The translations under genes and the position numbers were made by a program. A DNA stretch of 63,032 nucleotides, the filler included. It is 3 parts of 3 records of this genome, joined end to end, with 100 filler letters (N's around TTAATTAATTAA, not from the genome) between each part and the next. Parts side by side here need not be neighbours in the genome. Positions count along the whole stretch, not along the records: positions 1 to 28,766 come from DRR378314_682; positions 28,867 to 55,433 come from DRR378314_690; 1 more part is not named here. One strand, written 5' to 3'. Shown here in pieces: positions 26,140 through 36,560 of this stretch (positions within the stretch are counted from its first letter, which is position 1; the number at the start of each line of letters is the position of its first letter). The notes under the pieces were generated by a model. It was not told the origin of the DNA, made no database searches, and saw only the letters and a program-made list of their open reading frames with translations.

Positions 26140-27597
26140 ATGACCGAGGACGCCCCCAAGGAAGAACACAAGAGCCATGCTGCACAAGAAGGAAAGGTAG
26201 GGATGTTCTGGTCCAAGGGGAGAGTATCACAGGGGGGAACGAAACTATTGTGGGCCGCTGCTGCCTTTTTCTTTGTAGCGTACAAGCGCTGGCCGAGACT
26301 TTGCATACGCTTTATATCTATCGATTCTGCACACGTACTTGGGGGAGGAACTCTTTTTGTCTTCGTGCCAAGTCTCGGGATATCAGCCCAAGTTTCCAAT
26401 TTGTCACTCTGTGTGCATTGAATAGCAGCGACTTCACCCTTTGCGCAAGCGCATCACCGTTACGTTCGCTGCCGCGGCTGCGAGTTTTGTTTCGACGCAC
26501 GCTGCTTCCTCCGCCGCGCTCGCACGCGTGCGCCGCGTCCCTGCGCCCTTGTTGCGCAGTCACCCGTCATTTTGCTCTCACCTGGGATACGCTCACCGCT
26601 GTTTCGGTCATTGTTCCTTGGTTCTTCGGTTTTTGTTTGTCAAAGGATCTTGATCGCGTGACTGACTTCCATGAAGAGCGCGAGTTGGATGCGGATCGGG
26701 CGAAACAGGTGTGCTCGCCTGCACGGCTTCCGCACCACGCGAGGAGCTCCGTGCCCTAGCTAGGTATCGACGAGTATGCCGTTGCGAAATTCTCGTCTCT
26801 TTGGCACACGGCATACTGCTGGCATATGATCTCAAAGCCGTTGTGAAAGGAATGCGACGGATGCAGGCTCTTTTGAAAGCCTCACGTTTCCGGTGGTCTG
26901 CACTGCCCGGGTAAGCAGTGAGCTGGCACTGTCGATCTTCAGTGCCAACGTACTTGACCAGTGTGCCTGCTTTGTTAACCACGCTGCCTACCTGCAGGCA
27001 ATCAGCGATCTCGGCAGCGCGAGTGCAAAAAAGACTCAAGAAGCTGCAGCTGTGTACGTTTGTGAATATCCCCATAGGCGAAGGCATAACCCGGGTTCTT
27101 GGCCTCGTTGTACGAGCGGTTCCTCGAGATTTCCTGCGAGGCTGCACATGCTCGGGGGGGTCGACCCGCTGCGAGCTTACTTGACCGACGTTGGCAGCTG
27201 GAAAAGAAATCCACTTCGCTCACAGGGTGGTCTTCCCCCCCCCCGCTTGTTGGCATTCATCGATTGCTGATCCTGCGTCAATGTGGTCTTTGTTGTGTTT
27301 TACAGTGAGCGAGAGCTTGCAAAGCTCAAACTTGACGATACCGATGTGGAGTTTCTCGCGAACGAGTTCGAGGTACGAACGCGCGTTGCTGTCTGTTAGC
27401 GATAGGATCACAGCGTGTTTCGTGTTCCAGCCAATTCATAGGCAGCTTGCATCCACCCGACTCACTATGCCAGAGAGTGTGACGAATATTTCCGCTGCAT
27501 GCGCCTTGAACAGGTATCGAAAGACGTAGCGGACCGTGCGTTGCGCCAGAGCGGCGGCGACCGCGATGCCGCGTTTATGGCGCTTTTGCGTGCTTGA
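26140..27597 (+). CDS. HYPK: Huntingtin-interacting protein K (HYPK)-like, 5 exons
   Basis: DLDRVTDFHEEREL, ERELAKLKLDDTDVEFLANEFE|VSKDVADRALRQSGGD (UBA-like C-terminus). Confidence 0.85.
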
Positions 27598-27678
27598 TAT
27601 ACCATCCGAGGGTGCGGGTGAATTCCCCGCGTTTATTTCTTCTTTAGAACAGCGCGAACCATCGCGTAAGCATCCATG

Positions 27679-28492
27679 TCAACACAATGAATGCAGATTA
27701 TATTTGCTGTGAAGCACTGCGTCCATTAGACAGCTCTGGGCTGTTCCAGCGACGTCCGCTCGACATCGGCCAGTCGCTGAACGATCTCGCGCAGCTGCCC
27801 AGGAATCTTCATGCGCCGCGCTTCGTCCACGACGCGTGAGATGTCGAGGTTCTACAAAGTGTAAGCAGCAGCCCAACCGCCACCGCACACAAATGCACGG
27901 ATGCGTGTAAGTGCTTGTCCATCAACAACGCGCGAAGCGTGGAAAAGGCATCAGGCGCGCCGCTCCACGCTGCTGGACAGGAGCAATGGTGAACGCACCT
28001 CGGCTGTCAGGTCGTTCAGCATCGACACGATCTCGCCGGTGTGACAGCGCAGAATCTTTTTGTGTAGCTGCTTGAAGATCGCGACTCCGACACAGTAGAG
28101 GAAAAGCTGGCAAATAAAAGTATATACACACATGCATTCAGCATCAGCGGGTGGGTGGGGGGGGGGCTCAAGTGAGCGGAATCACTCTTTTTTTTTCTTT
28201 TCCTGGAGCGCCCCGAATAGCGCAAGGTCGCGTGCGCGCATCTTGACCGAAAGTCGTTTGCTACTATCTCGATTGACGCGCCGACGCGGTCCGATGAGCT
28301 CACCTCGCCCTCCAGCAAGAATCCGTCAAGAATGCGACATGCATCTTCCACCGGAAGGACCTTACAGTACACTGTCATGACCCATGACATCATGTACATA
28401 TTTGGCGACACGTTGCAATTCCGCAGGTGGCGGAAAACGTCGGGAATGTGCTCAGACACAAGCATTTCAAACACCCTCAGGTGACGCCGGAT
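27679..28492 (-). CDS. TBC-domain Rab GAP (TBC1D12/14-like), 3' part only
   Basis: PDVFRHL..PNMYMMSWVMTVYCKVLPVEDACRILDGFLLEGE|LFLYCVGVAIFK. The 5' end runs off the contig; the last exon is uncertain. Confidence 0.8.
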
Positions 28493-28744
28493 CTGCACAA
28501 TCGGCGAAGCGAATCCAGCAGCGGAGAACGTGAACAGGTAGCACACGAGCGGACAGGATACACGACTGGCGCGTTTACGTACAGGTTTGCGTGTACATCA
28601 TTCACAGTCGAATTTGGAGGGGAGGGGATAAAACGCGGGAAGTACAGGCGCCATGGGCATCAAGCGCGATTGCAGAGGCAGAAGCAAGGGTAGGGTTGGA
28701 CTTGTCGATGGCACTGGGACGGCTGTCGCGGTGTGCAGGAGAGC

Positions 28745-28766
28745 GAGAGAGAGAGAGAGAGAGAGA
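28745..28766. repeat. (GA)n microsatellite at contig end
   Basis: GA run abutting the N spacer. Confidence 0.9.
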
Positions 28767-28866
28767 NNNNNNNNNNNNNNNNNNNNNNNNNNNNNNNNNN
28801 NNNNNNNNNNTTAATTAATTAANNNNNNNNNNNNNNNNNNNNNNNNNNNNNNNNNNNNNNNNNNNN
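28767..28866. other. Artificial contig spacer N44-TTAATTAATTAA-N44
   Basis: Exactly 100 nt with a six-frame-stop linker. Composition and gene structure change across it. Confidence 0.97.
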
Positions 28867-29904
28867 GTCGTTGCGGCCCAGGTCGATCAGCATCAGATGC
28901 TCGGCGATCTCTTTCGGGTCGGCGAGCAGCTCCTCTTCCAGCTCCTTGTCGCGCTGCGGCGTGGCGCCGCGTTTGCGGGTGCCGGCGATGGGCCGCACCG
29001 TGACCTGGTCGTCCTCCACCCGGGTGAGGATCTCCGGCGAGGAGCCGGCGATGTGAAAATCCTCCAGGTCCAGATAAAACATATAAGGGGACGGGTTCAG
29101 ATAGCGCAGCGCCCGGTACAGGTCGATGGCCGGGGCCGGAAAATCGCAGCTCATGCGCTGGGCCGGCACCACCTGCATGACGTCGCCGGCGAGAATGTAC
29201 TCGCGGATCTTCTCCACGGCGGCGGCGTGCTGCTCGCGGGGAAACTCGGAGACGAAGTCGTTTTCGTCCACCGGCGCGCCGTACACCTGGTGCTCCGGTT
29301 CCGGCAGCGGCGCGCGCAGGCGGCGCTCCAGCTCATCCAGACGGGCCTCGGCGCCGGCCACCGCATCCGCGTCCTCGGGACTCACATGCACGATCAGGAA
29401 CAGGCTGCCGCGCAGGTTATCGAACACCACCACTTCCTCGGAGCGCATCAGCAGGATGTCCGGCACCTGCAGCACGTCTTCGCCGCGCGCCGGGCCCAGC
29501 CGGGGCTCGAAATAGCGCACGCTGTCGTAGCCGAAGTAGCCCACCAGGCCGCCGTTGAAGCGGGGCAGCCCGGGCACGTCCGGGGCCCGATACTGGAGAC
29601 GGTAGTCTTCGATCCAGGCGATCGGGTCGTCGCTGTCGAGCTCCTCGACGACGGCGCCGTCGGCATCGCTCACGGTGATGCGCGGGCCGGTGATGCGCAC
29701 CACCTCGCGGGCCGGCAGGCCGATGATCGAATAGCGGCCCCAGCGCTCGCCGCCCTGCACCGATTCGAACAGGTAGCTGTAGGGCCCGGCGGCCAGCTTG
29801 CGGTAGGCGGACAGCGGCGTGTCCAGATCCGCCAGCACTTCGCGCACGATCGGTACGCGGCTATAACCCTGGCGGGCGTAATCGTCCAGATTGCGTGGTG
29901 ACAT
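28867..29904 (-). CDS. trpE: Anthranilate synthase component I, 3'-truncated
   Basis: DLDTPLS, YLFESVQGGERWGRYS, NPSPYMFY, GSSPEIL, RPIAGTR, EHLMLIDLGRND. Confidence 0.97.
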
Positions 29905-30016
29905 GGTGGTCCCCGGTCTTTGTCAGGTGCGGCAATCGCAAGTCGTGAATTGTAGCGGAAAAACTGCGGAGACTCTCAGGCAACCAGCGGCACCGGGAGA
30001 CTCCCGAGGGCGAGCG

Positions 30017-30079
30017 TCACCATCGCCAGCCGGCGGGGGAGAAAGGCAGGAACGAATTAAGCGGGTTTGAGCGGTCCAT
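30017..30079 (-). CDS. trpL: Putative trp leader peptide MDRSNPLNSFLPFSPAGWRW
   Basis: 20-codon ORF ending TGG-CGA-TGG-TGA, 112 nt upstream of trpE on the same strand, followed by short inverted repeats and a U5 tract (29959-29963). Confidence 0.75.
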   Translation of the reverse strand: MDRSNPLNSFLPFSPAGWRW

Positions 30080-30085
30080 GGTCGG

Positions 30086-30115
30086 ATTCTAGCGCCGCTT
30101 CGGGGCCGATGCCAA
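30086..30115 (-). promoter_or_regulatory. Sigma70-like promoter for trpL-trpE
   Basis: TTGGCA-N18-TAGAAT, then 6 nt to the leader ATG. Confidence 0.65.
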
Positions 30116-30167
30116 CACCCGTTTGGGGAATGGCCAAGCGCCCGTCAAGACGCCATACTGCGTGCCC

Positions 30168-30725
30168 ATGAGCTTACCCCAGCGATGGACAGACTGGTTC
30201 GAGGCCACCCGCAAGGCCGCCCCCCACTGCTTTATGCAGCTCGCCACCGTGGGCGACGACGGCGGTGCCCGCTGTCGCACCCTGAGCCTGCGCGAGCGCC
30301 ACGGACGGGCCCTGTGGTTCACCACCGACCAGCGCAGCGAAAAAACCATGCAGCTGGAGCGCCAGGCCGGCGCCGAAGCCTGCTGGTACGACCTCACCAG
30401 CCGCACCCAGTGGCGCTTCCGCGGCCGGGTGCATTTCCTCACCCCGCAACAGCACCCCGAGGACACCCTGCGACTGTGGCGCCTGATCGACCGCGAAGCG
30501 CGGGCGCGTTTCTGCGGCCCGCCGCCCGGCAGCCTCTGGCAACCGCCCAAGTCCGACCACTACCGCTACCTGCCGCCCACCCCGGAAGACCACCCGGCGG
30601 AAGACTTCTCCATCCTGGTGCTCACCGCCGACCAGGTCGACGTCCTCGAACTCGCCGACTCCCCCCACCGCCACTGGCAATACCACGGCGAAGGACGCGC
30701 TGCGCCCACGCGGCTAGTGCCCTAG
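30168..30725 (+). CDS. Pyridoxamine 5'-phosphate oxidase-like FMN-binding protein
   Basis: MQLATV..RCRTL..FTTDQRSEK..EACWY..QWRFRG, VDVLEL..PHR. Confidence 0.85.
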   Translation: MSLPQRWTDWFEATRKAAPHCFMQLATVGDDGGARCRTLSLRERHGRALWFTTDQRSEKTMQLERQAGAEACWYDLTSRTQWRFRGRVHFLTPQQHPEDTLRLWRLIDREARARFCGPPPGSLWQPPKSDHYRYLPPTPEDHPAEDFSILVLTADQVDVLELADSPHRHWQYHGEGRAAPTRLVP

Positions 30726-30733
30726 CCGCGTGG

Positions 30734-30765
30734 GCAGTTAATAGTTAACAGTTAACAGTTCGCGG
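30734..30765 (+). repeat. AGTTAAY heptamer tandem array, copy A
   Basis: GC AGTTAAT AGTTAAC AGTTAAC AGTT CGCGG; first unit starts 10 nt after the TAG of the PNPOx-like gene. Confidence 0.9.
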
Positions 30766-30793
30766 TAGAGGCTGCTGCCAGCCTGAAACGACC

Positions 30794-30824
30794 GAGGCCG
30801 CGCTTCCGGGTTGGGCGCGGCCTC
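30794..30824. terminator. GC-rich hairpin between convergent genes
   Basis: Perfect 10-bp stem GAGGCCGCGC/GCGCGGCCTC with an 11-nt loop; no strong U tract. Confidence 0.5.
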
Positions 30825-30849
30825 TTACGTTCCAGTCGGCACGGCCCAA

Positions 30850-30914
30850 CCCCGCGCAACTGTTACCTGTTAACTATTCACTGTTAACTGCTAACTATTC
30901 ACTATTAACTGCTT
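30850..30914 (-). repeat. AGTTAAY heptamer tandem array, copy B (7 units)
   Basis: Minus strand after the regA TGA: AAGC AGTTAAT AGTGAAT AGTTAGC AGTTAAC AGTGAAT AGTTAAC AGGTAAC AGTTGCGCGGGG. Confidence 0.92.
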
Positions 30915-31466
30915 TCATTTTACTTGTCGTTTGCCGAGTTTGCGGGCGAGGGTGCGGCGGTGCATGCCGAGGCGGCGGGCGGTTTCGGAGATGTTGAAGT
31001 CGGTCTCGGCGAGGGTTTCGTGGATGCGCTCCCACTCCAGGGTTTTGATCGAGGTGGGGCGGCCGGTGACTTCCACTTCCACGTTGCCTTCGGCGCGTTC
31101 GAAGGCGGCTTCGATGTCGTCGGTGTTGGAGGGTTTGGCCAGGTAGTGGCAGGCGCCCAGTTTGATCGCTTCCACCGCGGTGGCGATGCTGGCGTAGCCG
31201 GTGAGCACCACGATCAGGGTTTCCGGGTCGTGCTCGTGCAGGGCCTGCACGCAGGCCAGACCGGAGGCGCCGCCTTTGAGCTTGAGATCCACCACCGCGT
31301 AATCCGGGGTCTGCTCGCTCAGCACCTCGCGCAACACGTCCAGGCTGTCCGCGTGGCGCACCTGGTAGCCGCGCCGCTCGAACGAACGGCCCAGGGTACG
31401 GGCGAACGCGGCGTCGTCCTCGACGATCAGCAGGGTTCGCTGGTGTTCCGGCTGCTCAGTGCTCAT
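30915..31466 (-). CDS. regA: RegA/PrrA/ActR-family response regulator
   Basis: LIVEDD, AVVDLKL, LTGYASIATAVEAIKLGA, LEWERI, NISETARRLGMHRRTLARKL. SD AAGGAGG before ATG 31466. Confidence 0.92.
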   Translation of the reverse strand: MSTEQPEHQRTLLIVEDDAAFARTLGRSFERRGYQVRHADSLDVLREVLSEQTPDYAVVDLKLKGGASGLACVQALHEHDPETLIVVLTGYASIATAVEAIKLGACHYLAKPSNTDDIEAAFERAEGNVEVEVTGRPTSIKTLEWERIHETLAETDFNISETARRLGMHRRTLARKLGKRQVK

Positions 31467-32808
31467 AACCGCCCTCCTTCTGGTCCGGTTCATCCATCCT
31501 CTGTTCATCAATCTCCTGTTCATCGATGGTAAGCGCCGACAACGGCAGCGTCAGCGTCACCACGGCGCCGCCCTGGGGGCGATTGCCGGCGCTGACGTTG
31601 CCGCCCAGGGTGCGCACCACATTGAACACCAGGAACAGGCCCAGGCCGCCGCCGGGGCGGCCCTTGGTGGATTGATAGGGGCGCCCCAGATGGCTGAGCA
31701 TGGCCTCGGAAAAGCCGGCGCCCTGGTCCATCACCGAGACGATCAGCGTATCGTCGCGGCGGCTGACTTCCAGACCCACCCAGTGCGGCGACGCCTCCAG
31801 GGCGTTGTCGAGCACGTTGTGCACGGTCTGTTTGAGCGCGGAATCGGAGATGATCGCCCGGTCCTCGCCGAACAGGTTGCGGTATTCGAAGTCGTTCACC
31901 GGGCGGGTGGTGCGCCACTCCGCCACCAGTTCGTCGACGAAGGCGTGCACGGTGGTCTCTTCCGAGGCTTCGCCGCGGGCCTCGCCGGCGGACAGCAGAA
32001 TACCGCTGACGATGGATTTGCAGCGCAGCACCTGGGTCTGCATTTCACCGATCTCCTGGGCCAGATCCGGGTCGGACTGGAACACCGGCATGCGCCGCCA
32101 GTCGCCCAGAATCACCGCCAGGGTGGCCAACGGCGTGCCCAGTTCGTGGGCGGCGCCGGAGGCCAGCAGGCCCATGCGCACGATGTGCTCTTCCTCGGCG
32201 GCGCGCTGGCGCAGGGCCGCCAGACGCGCGTCCCGGTCGCGCCGGTTGCGGGTAATGCGGTTGATAAAGATCACCAGCAGCACCGCGTTGAGCACGAAGC
32301 ACAGCAGCATGCCCTGAATATAGAGGCTCAGCGGGCCCAGTTCGTAGTCGAGCGGCAACGGCAGCGGCCGGGCGGCGAACTCCAGGGCCACGAAACAGCC
32401 GGCGGTGACCAGCAGAATGATCCAGGTGGACCAGGCCTCCAGCAGCACCGCCGCCAGCACCACCTGCAGCAGGTAGAGGAAAATAAAGGGGTTGGTGGCG
32501 CCGCCGCTGAGATAGAGCTGCATGGTGAGCGTGATCACGTCCACCAGCAGGGCGACGAACAGCTCGCCGTTACTGACCGGCCGCCGCAGCCGCAGGCGCA
32601 GCAGGCTGGCGCCGTTGAACGCCACCAGCCCGGCCAGCACCGCGAACATATACAGCAGCGGCAGCTCGATCCTGAACACGAAGAAGACCACCAGGATGGT
32701 GCCCACCTGACCGAGCACGGCGATCCAGCGCAGCTGGATCAGCTGCTGCATGTTCTTGCGCCCGGTGGCGTCGTCGTCCACCGGCGTGTTCGCGCTGGGC
32801 GGAATCAT
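31456..32808 (-). CDS. regB: RegB/PrrB-family sensor histidine kinase
   Basis: LRWIAV, SGGATNPF, AAHELGTPL (H box), RCKSI, NVLDNA, DQGAG, GGLGLFL. Confidence 0.92.
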   Translation of the reverse strand: MIPPSANTPVDDDATGRKNMQQLIQLRWIAVLGQVGTILVVFFVFRIELPLLYMFAVLAGLVAFNGASLLRLRLRRPVSNGELFVALLVDVITLTMQLYLSGGATNPFIFLYLLQVVLAAVLLEAWSTWIILLVTAGCFVALEFAARPLPLPLDYELGPLSLYIQGMLLCFVLNAVLLVIFINRITRNRRDRDARLAALRQRAAEEEHIVRMGLLASGAAHELGTPLATLAVILGDWRRMPVFQSDPDLAQEIGEMQTQVLRCKSIVSGILLSAGEARGEASEETTVHAFVDELVAEWRTTRPVNDFEYRNLFGEDRAIISDSALKQTVHNVLDNALEASPHWVGLEVSRRDDTLIVSVMDQGAGFSEAMLSHLGRPYQSTKGRPGGGLGLFLVFNVVRTLGGNVSAGNRPQGGAVVTLTLPLSALTIDEQEIDEQRMDEPDQKEGGYEH

Positions 32809-33557
32809 CGCGGGTCTCCTGATCGGCGCGGCCGGAATTCTTCCCAGGCCGCGTAACCGGCGCCGCCGGCCACCATCAGCGCGAGCATAAACCAGGTGAG
32901 CGCATAGACCAGGTGATTATTGCGGAATTGGATCACGGTGAGGCCGGACACCGGCTGACCGGCGCCGCCGCCTTCAGCCAGCGGCGGCGCCTCGGCGTCG
33001 ACGAAGTACGGCGCCACCCGGTCCAGGCCACGGGCCTTGGCGATGGCGGCCACGTCGCGGGAATACCAGCGGTCCTTTTCCGGCGCGTTATCGCGCAGAA
33101 AGGCACCGCCCGGTTCGCTGGGGCGCAGCAGGCCGGTGATCGTCACGGGCCCGCGCGGCTCGCCCTCCCGGCGCTGCGCCCGTTGCCGGTTCTCCGGTGC
33201 CACGAAGCCCCGGTTGACCAGTACCGTGGTGCCGTCCTGGCGGCGCAGCGGGGTCAATACCCAGTAACCGCTGCCGAGAACGGTGCTGGCCTGCACCAGC
33301 GTCTCCCGCTGGTGCAGGAACTCGCCGTGCAGGCGCACCCGCAGATATTCGTACTCTTGCGGGTCGATGTCGGCGCCCGCCGGGGCGGCCACCGGCGGCG
33401 CGTCCACGCGCTGCTCGACCCGCTCGATCAGGTCCAGCTTCCAGGCCCGCCGTTCCAGCTGCCACTGGCCGAGCGCCAGGAAGCCGATAAAGGCCAGCAG
33501 CGCCAGGGCGCCCCACAGCAGCCGCCCCGGCCAGCGGCGGGCAGTCCGCGGGGCCAT
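32805..33557 (-). CDS. SURF1-family heme-copper oxidase assembly protein
   Basis: LGQWQLERRAWK, GYWVLTPL, VLVNRGFV, NNHLVYALTWF. Confidence 0.93.
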   Translation of the reverse strand: MAPRTARRWPGRLLWGALALLAFIGFLALGQWQLERRAWKLDLIERVEQRVDAPPVAAPAGADIDPQEYEYLRVRLHGEFLHQRETLVQASTVLGSGYWVLTPLRRQDGTTVLVNRGFVAPENRQRAQRREGEPRGPVTITGLLRPSEPGGAFLRDNAPEKDRWYSRDVAAIAKARGLDRVAPYFVDAEAPPLAEGGGAGQPVSGLTVIQFRNNHLVYALTWFMLALMVAGGAGYAAWEEFRPRRSGDPR

Positions 33558-33558
33558 C

Positions 33559-33930
33559 TCAGCCCCAGGGGTCCTGCATCATCCCCGGCATCATGTTCAC
33601 GTTCAGGTGGTACATGACCCACAGCGAACCGGCCAGGGTAATGAACACAATCACCGCCGTGAAAATCAGCGCCAGCATGTTCCAGCCGCCTTGGGAGCGG
33701 AAGTTCATGTGCAGGAAATAGATCATGTGCACTACGATCTGCACCGCCGCCAGGCTCAGGATCACCAGGGCGGTGACGCCGGTGCTCTCGAACACGTCGG
33801 CCATCACCACCCAGAACGGGATCACCGTGAGCACCACGGCGAGCACGAAGCCGGTCATGTACCCCTTGAAGGTACTGTGCGGCGCATCGGGGAGGACGTC
33901 GTCGTGAGCCGCGTCGTGATGATCGCTCAT
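33559..33930 (-). CDS. cyoD: Cytochrome bo3 ubiquinol oxidase subunit IV
   Basis: GFVLAVVLTVIPF, QIVVHMIYFLHM, GSLWVM. Confidence 0.95.
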   Translation of the reverse strand: MSDHHDAAHDDVLPDAPHSTFKGYMTGFVLAVVLTVIPFWVVMADVFESTGVTALVILSLAAVQIVVHMIYFLHMNFRSQGGWNMLALIFTAVIVFITLAGSLWVMYHLNVNMMPGMMQDPWG

Positions 33931-34559
33931 GGCAGGACTCCCATCAGGTAGACAAAGGTGAACACGCCGATCCAGACCACATCCAGGAAATGCCAGAACA
34001 TGGACAGACAGAACAGACGGCGCTGGTTCTCGACGATCAGCCCGTGCTTACGCAGCTGCACCACCAGCACCACCAGCCAGATGATACCGAACAGCACGTG
34101 CAGGCCGTGCGTACCCACCAGGGCGAAGAAGGAGGTCAGGAAGGCGCTGCGCTGCGGGCCCGCCCCTTCATTCAACAGATGGGCGAACTCGTACAGCTCC
34201 AGGCCCAGGAAGGCCACGCCCAACAGACCGGTCACCGCCAGCCAGCCGATGGTGGCGCCGACCCGCTTGCGCTGCGTCTCCAGCATGGCGAAGCCATAGG
34301 TGATCGACGACAGCAGCAGGAACGAGGTGTTGATCGCCACCAGCGGCAGATCGAACAGCTCGGCGCCGGTGGGGCCGCCCGCGTAACTGCGCCCCAGCAC
34401 GCCATAGGTGGCGAACAGACAGGCGAAGATCAGGCAGTCGCTCATCAGGTAGAGCCAGAACCCCAGCAACGTGCCGGTTTCCGGGTGATGATCCTCGGTG
34501 ACGTGAAACTCCAGGGCTTCCACGTCACCGCTTTCCGGGGTGTAGGTGGTCTCAGACAT
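33927..34559 (-). CDS. cyoC: Cytochrome bo3 ubiquinol oxidase subunit III
   Basis: [29 protein letters not shown]. Confidence 0.96.
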   Translation of the reverse strand: MSETTYTPESGDVEALEFHVTEDHHPETGTLLGFWLYLMSDCLIFACLFATYGVLGRSYAGGPTGAELFDLPLVAINTSFLLLSSITYGFAMLETQRKRVGATIGWLAVTGLLGVAFLGLELYEFAHLLNEGAGPQRSAFLTSFFALVGTHGLHVLFGIIWLVVLVVQLRKHGLIVENQRRLFCLSMFWHFLDVVWIGVFTFVYLMGVLP

Positions 34560-36558
34560 GGCTGGCTAACATCCGCGTACGTTCCGCTTCCACCCGCTCC
34601 ACTTCTTCGGCGGGAATGTGATAGTCACGGTCATAGTTAAAGGTATGGCCGATGGCGACCGCCAGCAGCGCGGCGAAGCTCACCCCCGCCAGCAACCACA
34701 TGTGCCACACCAGGGCGAAGCCCAGCACCGTACTGATACCGGCGAGAATGATGCCCGCGGCGGTATTCTTCGGCATATGGATGGCCTTGAAGCCCTGCTC
34801 CGGCCGGCGGTACTTGTGCTGCTTCATCTGCCACCAGGCATCCAGATCATGCACCCGGGGCGTGAAGGCGAAGTTGTACTGCGGCGGCGGCGACGAGGTG
34901 GCCCACTCCAGGGTGCGGCCGTCCCAGGGGTCGCCGGTGGTGTCGCGCAGCTGATCCCGGCGACGGTGGCTCACCACCAACTGCACGATGAAGAACAGAA
35001 TACCCAGGGCGATCAGGAAGGCGCCGAAGGCGGCCACCTGGAACCAGAACTGCATGGCGGCGTCTTCCTCGAACTGGCTCATGCGCCGGGTGACGCCCAT
35101 CAGGCCGAGCACGTACAGCGGCATGAAGGCGAAGTAGAAGCCGATGGTCCAGAACCAGAACGACATCTTGCCCCAGAACGGGTCCAGCTTGTAACCGAAC
35201 GCCTTGGGATACCAGTAAGTGATACCCGCGAACAGACCGAACAGCACACCACCGATAATCACGTTATGGAAATGCGCCACCAGGAACAGGCTGTTGTGCA
35301 GCACGAAGTCCGCCGGCGGCACCGCCAGCAACACACCGGTCATGCCACCGATCACGAAGGTGATGATGAAACCGATGGTCCACAGCATGGGCACCTCGAA
35401 GCGGATGCGGCCCCGGTACATGGTGAACAGCCAGTTGAAAATCTTCGCCCCGGTGGGGATCGAGATGATCATGGTGGTGATGCCGAAGAACGAATTCACG
35501 CTGGCCCCCGACCCCATGGTGAAGAAGTGGTGCAGCCAGACCATGTAGGAGAGCACCGTGATCACCACCGTGGCGTAGACCATGGAGGCATAGCCGAACA
35601 GGCGCTTGCCGCTGTAGGTGGACACCACTTCGGAGAAGATACCGAAGGCCGGCAGAATCAGGATGTACACCTCCGGGTGACCCCAGATCCAGATCAGGTT
35701 GATGTACATCATCACGTTGCCGCCCAGATCATTGGTGAAGAAGGCGGTGCCGAGATAACGGTCCAGCAGCAGCATGCCCAGCACCGCGGTGAGTACCGGG
35801 AAGGCGGCGACGATCAGGACGTTGGTGCACAGGGAGGTCCAGGTGAACACCGGCATTTTCATCAGATTCATGCCGGGGGCGCGCATCTTGACGATGGTCA
35901 CCAACAGGTTGATGCCCGATAGCAAGGTGCCCACCCCGGCGATCTGTAGCGCCCATAGATAGTAATCCACCCCCACCCCGGGGCTTTCCATGATCCCCGA
36001 TAACGGCGGGTAGGCCAGCCAGCCGGTCTTGGCGAACTCACCGATGAACAGGGACGCCATCACCAGGGCGGCGCCGCTGGCGGTCATCCAGAAGCTGAAG
36101 TTATTGAGAAACGGGAAGGCCACATCCCGGGCGCCGATCTGCAACGGAATGATGTAGTTCATGATGCCGGTGATCAGCGGCATGGCGACGAAGAAGATCA
36201 TGATCACGCCGTGGGCGGTAAAGATCTGATCGTAATGATCCGGTGGCAGGTAACCGGTGGCGTCGCCGAACGCCCAGGCCTGCTGAATGCGCATCATGAT
36301 GGCGTCGGCAAAGCCGCGCAGCAGCATCACCAGACCCAGCACCATGTACATGATGCCGATCTTTTTGTGGTCGATACTGGTGAACCACTCTTTCCACAGA
36401 TAGCCCCAGACGCGGTAGTAGGTCAGCGCCCCCAACAGGGCGACGCCGCCGATCGCCACGACCACGAACGTTGCCACGATCACCGGCTCATGGAGCGGAA
36501 TGGCGTCCCAGGACAGACGTCCGAAAATCAGCTGGGTGAGATCGAGTTGCTCAAGCAT
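34552..36558 (-). CDS. cyoB: Cytochrome bo3 ubiquinol oxidase subunit I
   Basis: DHKKIG; quinol-site LRGFAD and [25 protein letters not shown]. Confidence 0.97.
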   Translation of the reverse strand: MLEQLDLTQLIFGRLSWDAIPLHEPVIVATFVVVAIGGVALLGALTYYRVWGYLWKEWFTSIDHKKIGIMYMVLGLVMLLRGFADAIMMRIQQAWAFGDATGYLPPDHYDQIFTAHGVIMIFFVAMPLITGIMNYIIPLQIGARDVAFPFLNNFSFWMTASGAALVMASLFIGEFAKTGWLAYPPLSGIMESPGVGVDYYLWALQIAGVGTLLSGINLLVTIVKMRAPGMNLMKMPVFTWTSLCTNVLIVAAFPVLTAVLGMLLLDRYLGTAFFTNDLGGNVMMYINLIWIWGHPEVYILILPAFGIFSEVVSTYSGKRLFGYASMVYATVVITVLSYMVWLHHFFTMGSGASVNSFFGITTMIISIPTGAKIFNWLFTMYRGRIRFEVPMLWTIGFIITFVIGGMTGVLLAVPPADFVLHNSLFLVAHFHNVIIGGVLFGLFAGITYWYPKAFGYKLDPFWGKMSFWFWTIGFYFAFMPLYVLGLMGVTRRMSQFEEDAAMQFWFQVAAFGAFLIALGILFFIVQLVVSHRRRDQLRDTTGDPWDGRTLEWATSSPPPQYNFAFTPRVHDLDAWWQMKQHKYRRPEQGFKAIHMPKNTAAGIILAGISTVLGFALVWHMWLLAGVSFAALLAVAIGHTFNYDRDYHIPAEEVERVEAERTRMLASHV

Positions 36559-36560
36559 GT

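Noticed and set aside
1-28766. (TC)n and (GA)n ends as terminal inverted repeats of a large element
   Set aside because: These are simple microsatellites that commonly break assemblies. The contig holds housekeeping genes truncated at both ends.
30736-30912. CRISPR array
   Set aside because: The 7-bp tandem units have no unique spacers, and there are no cas genes.
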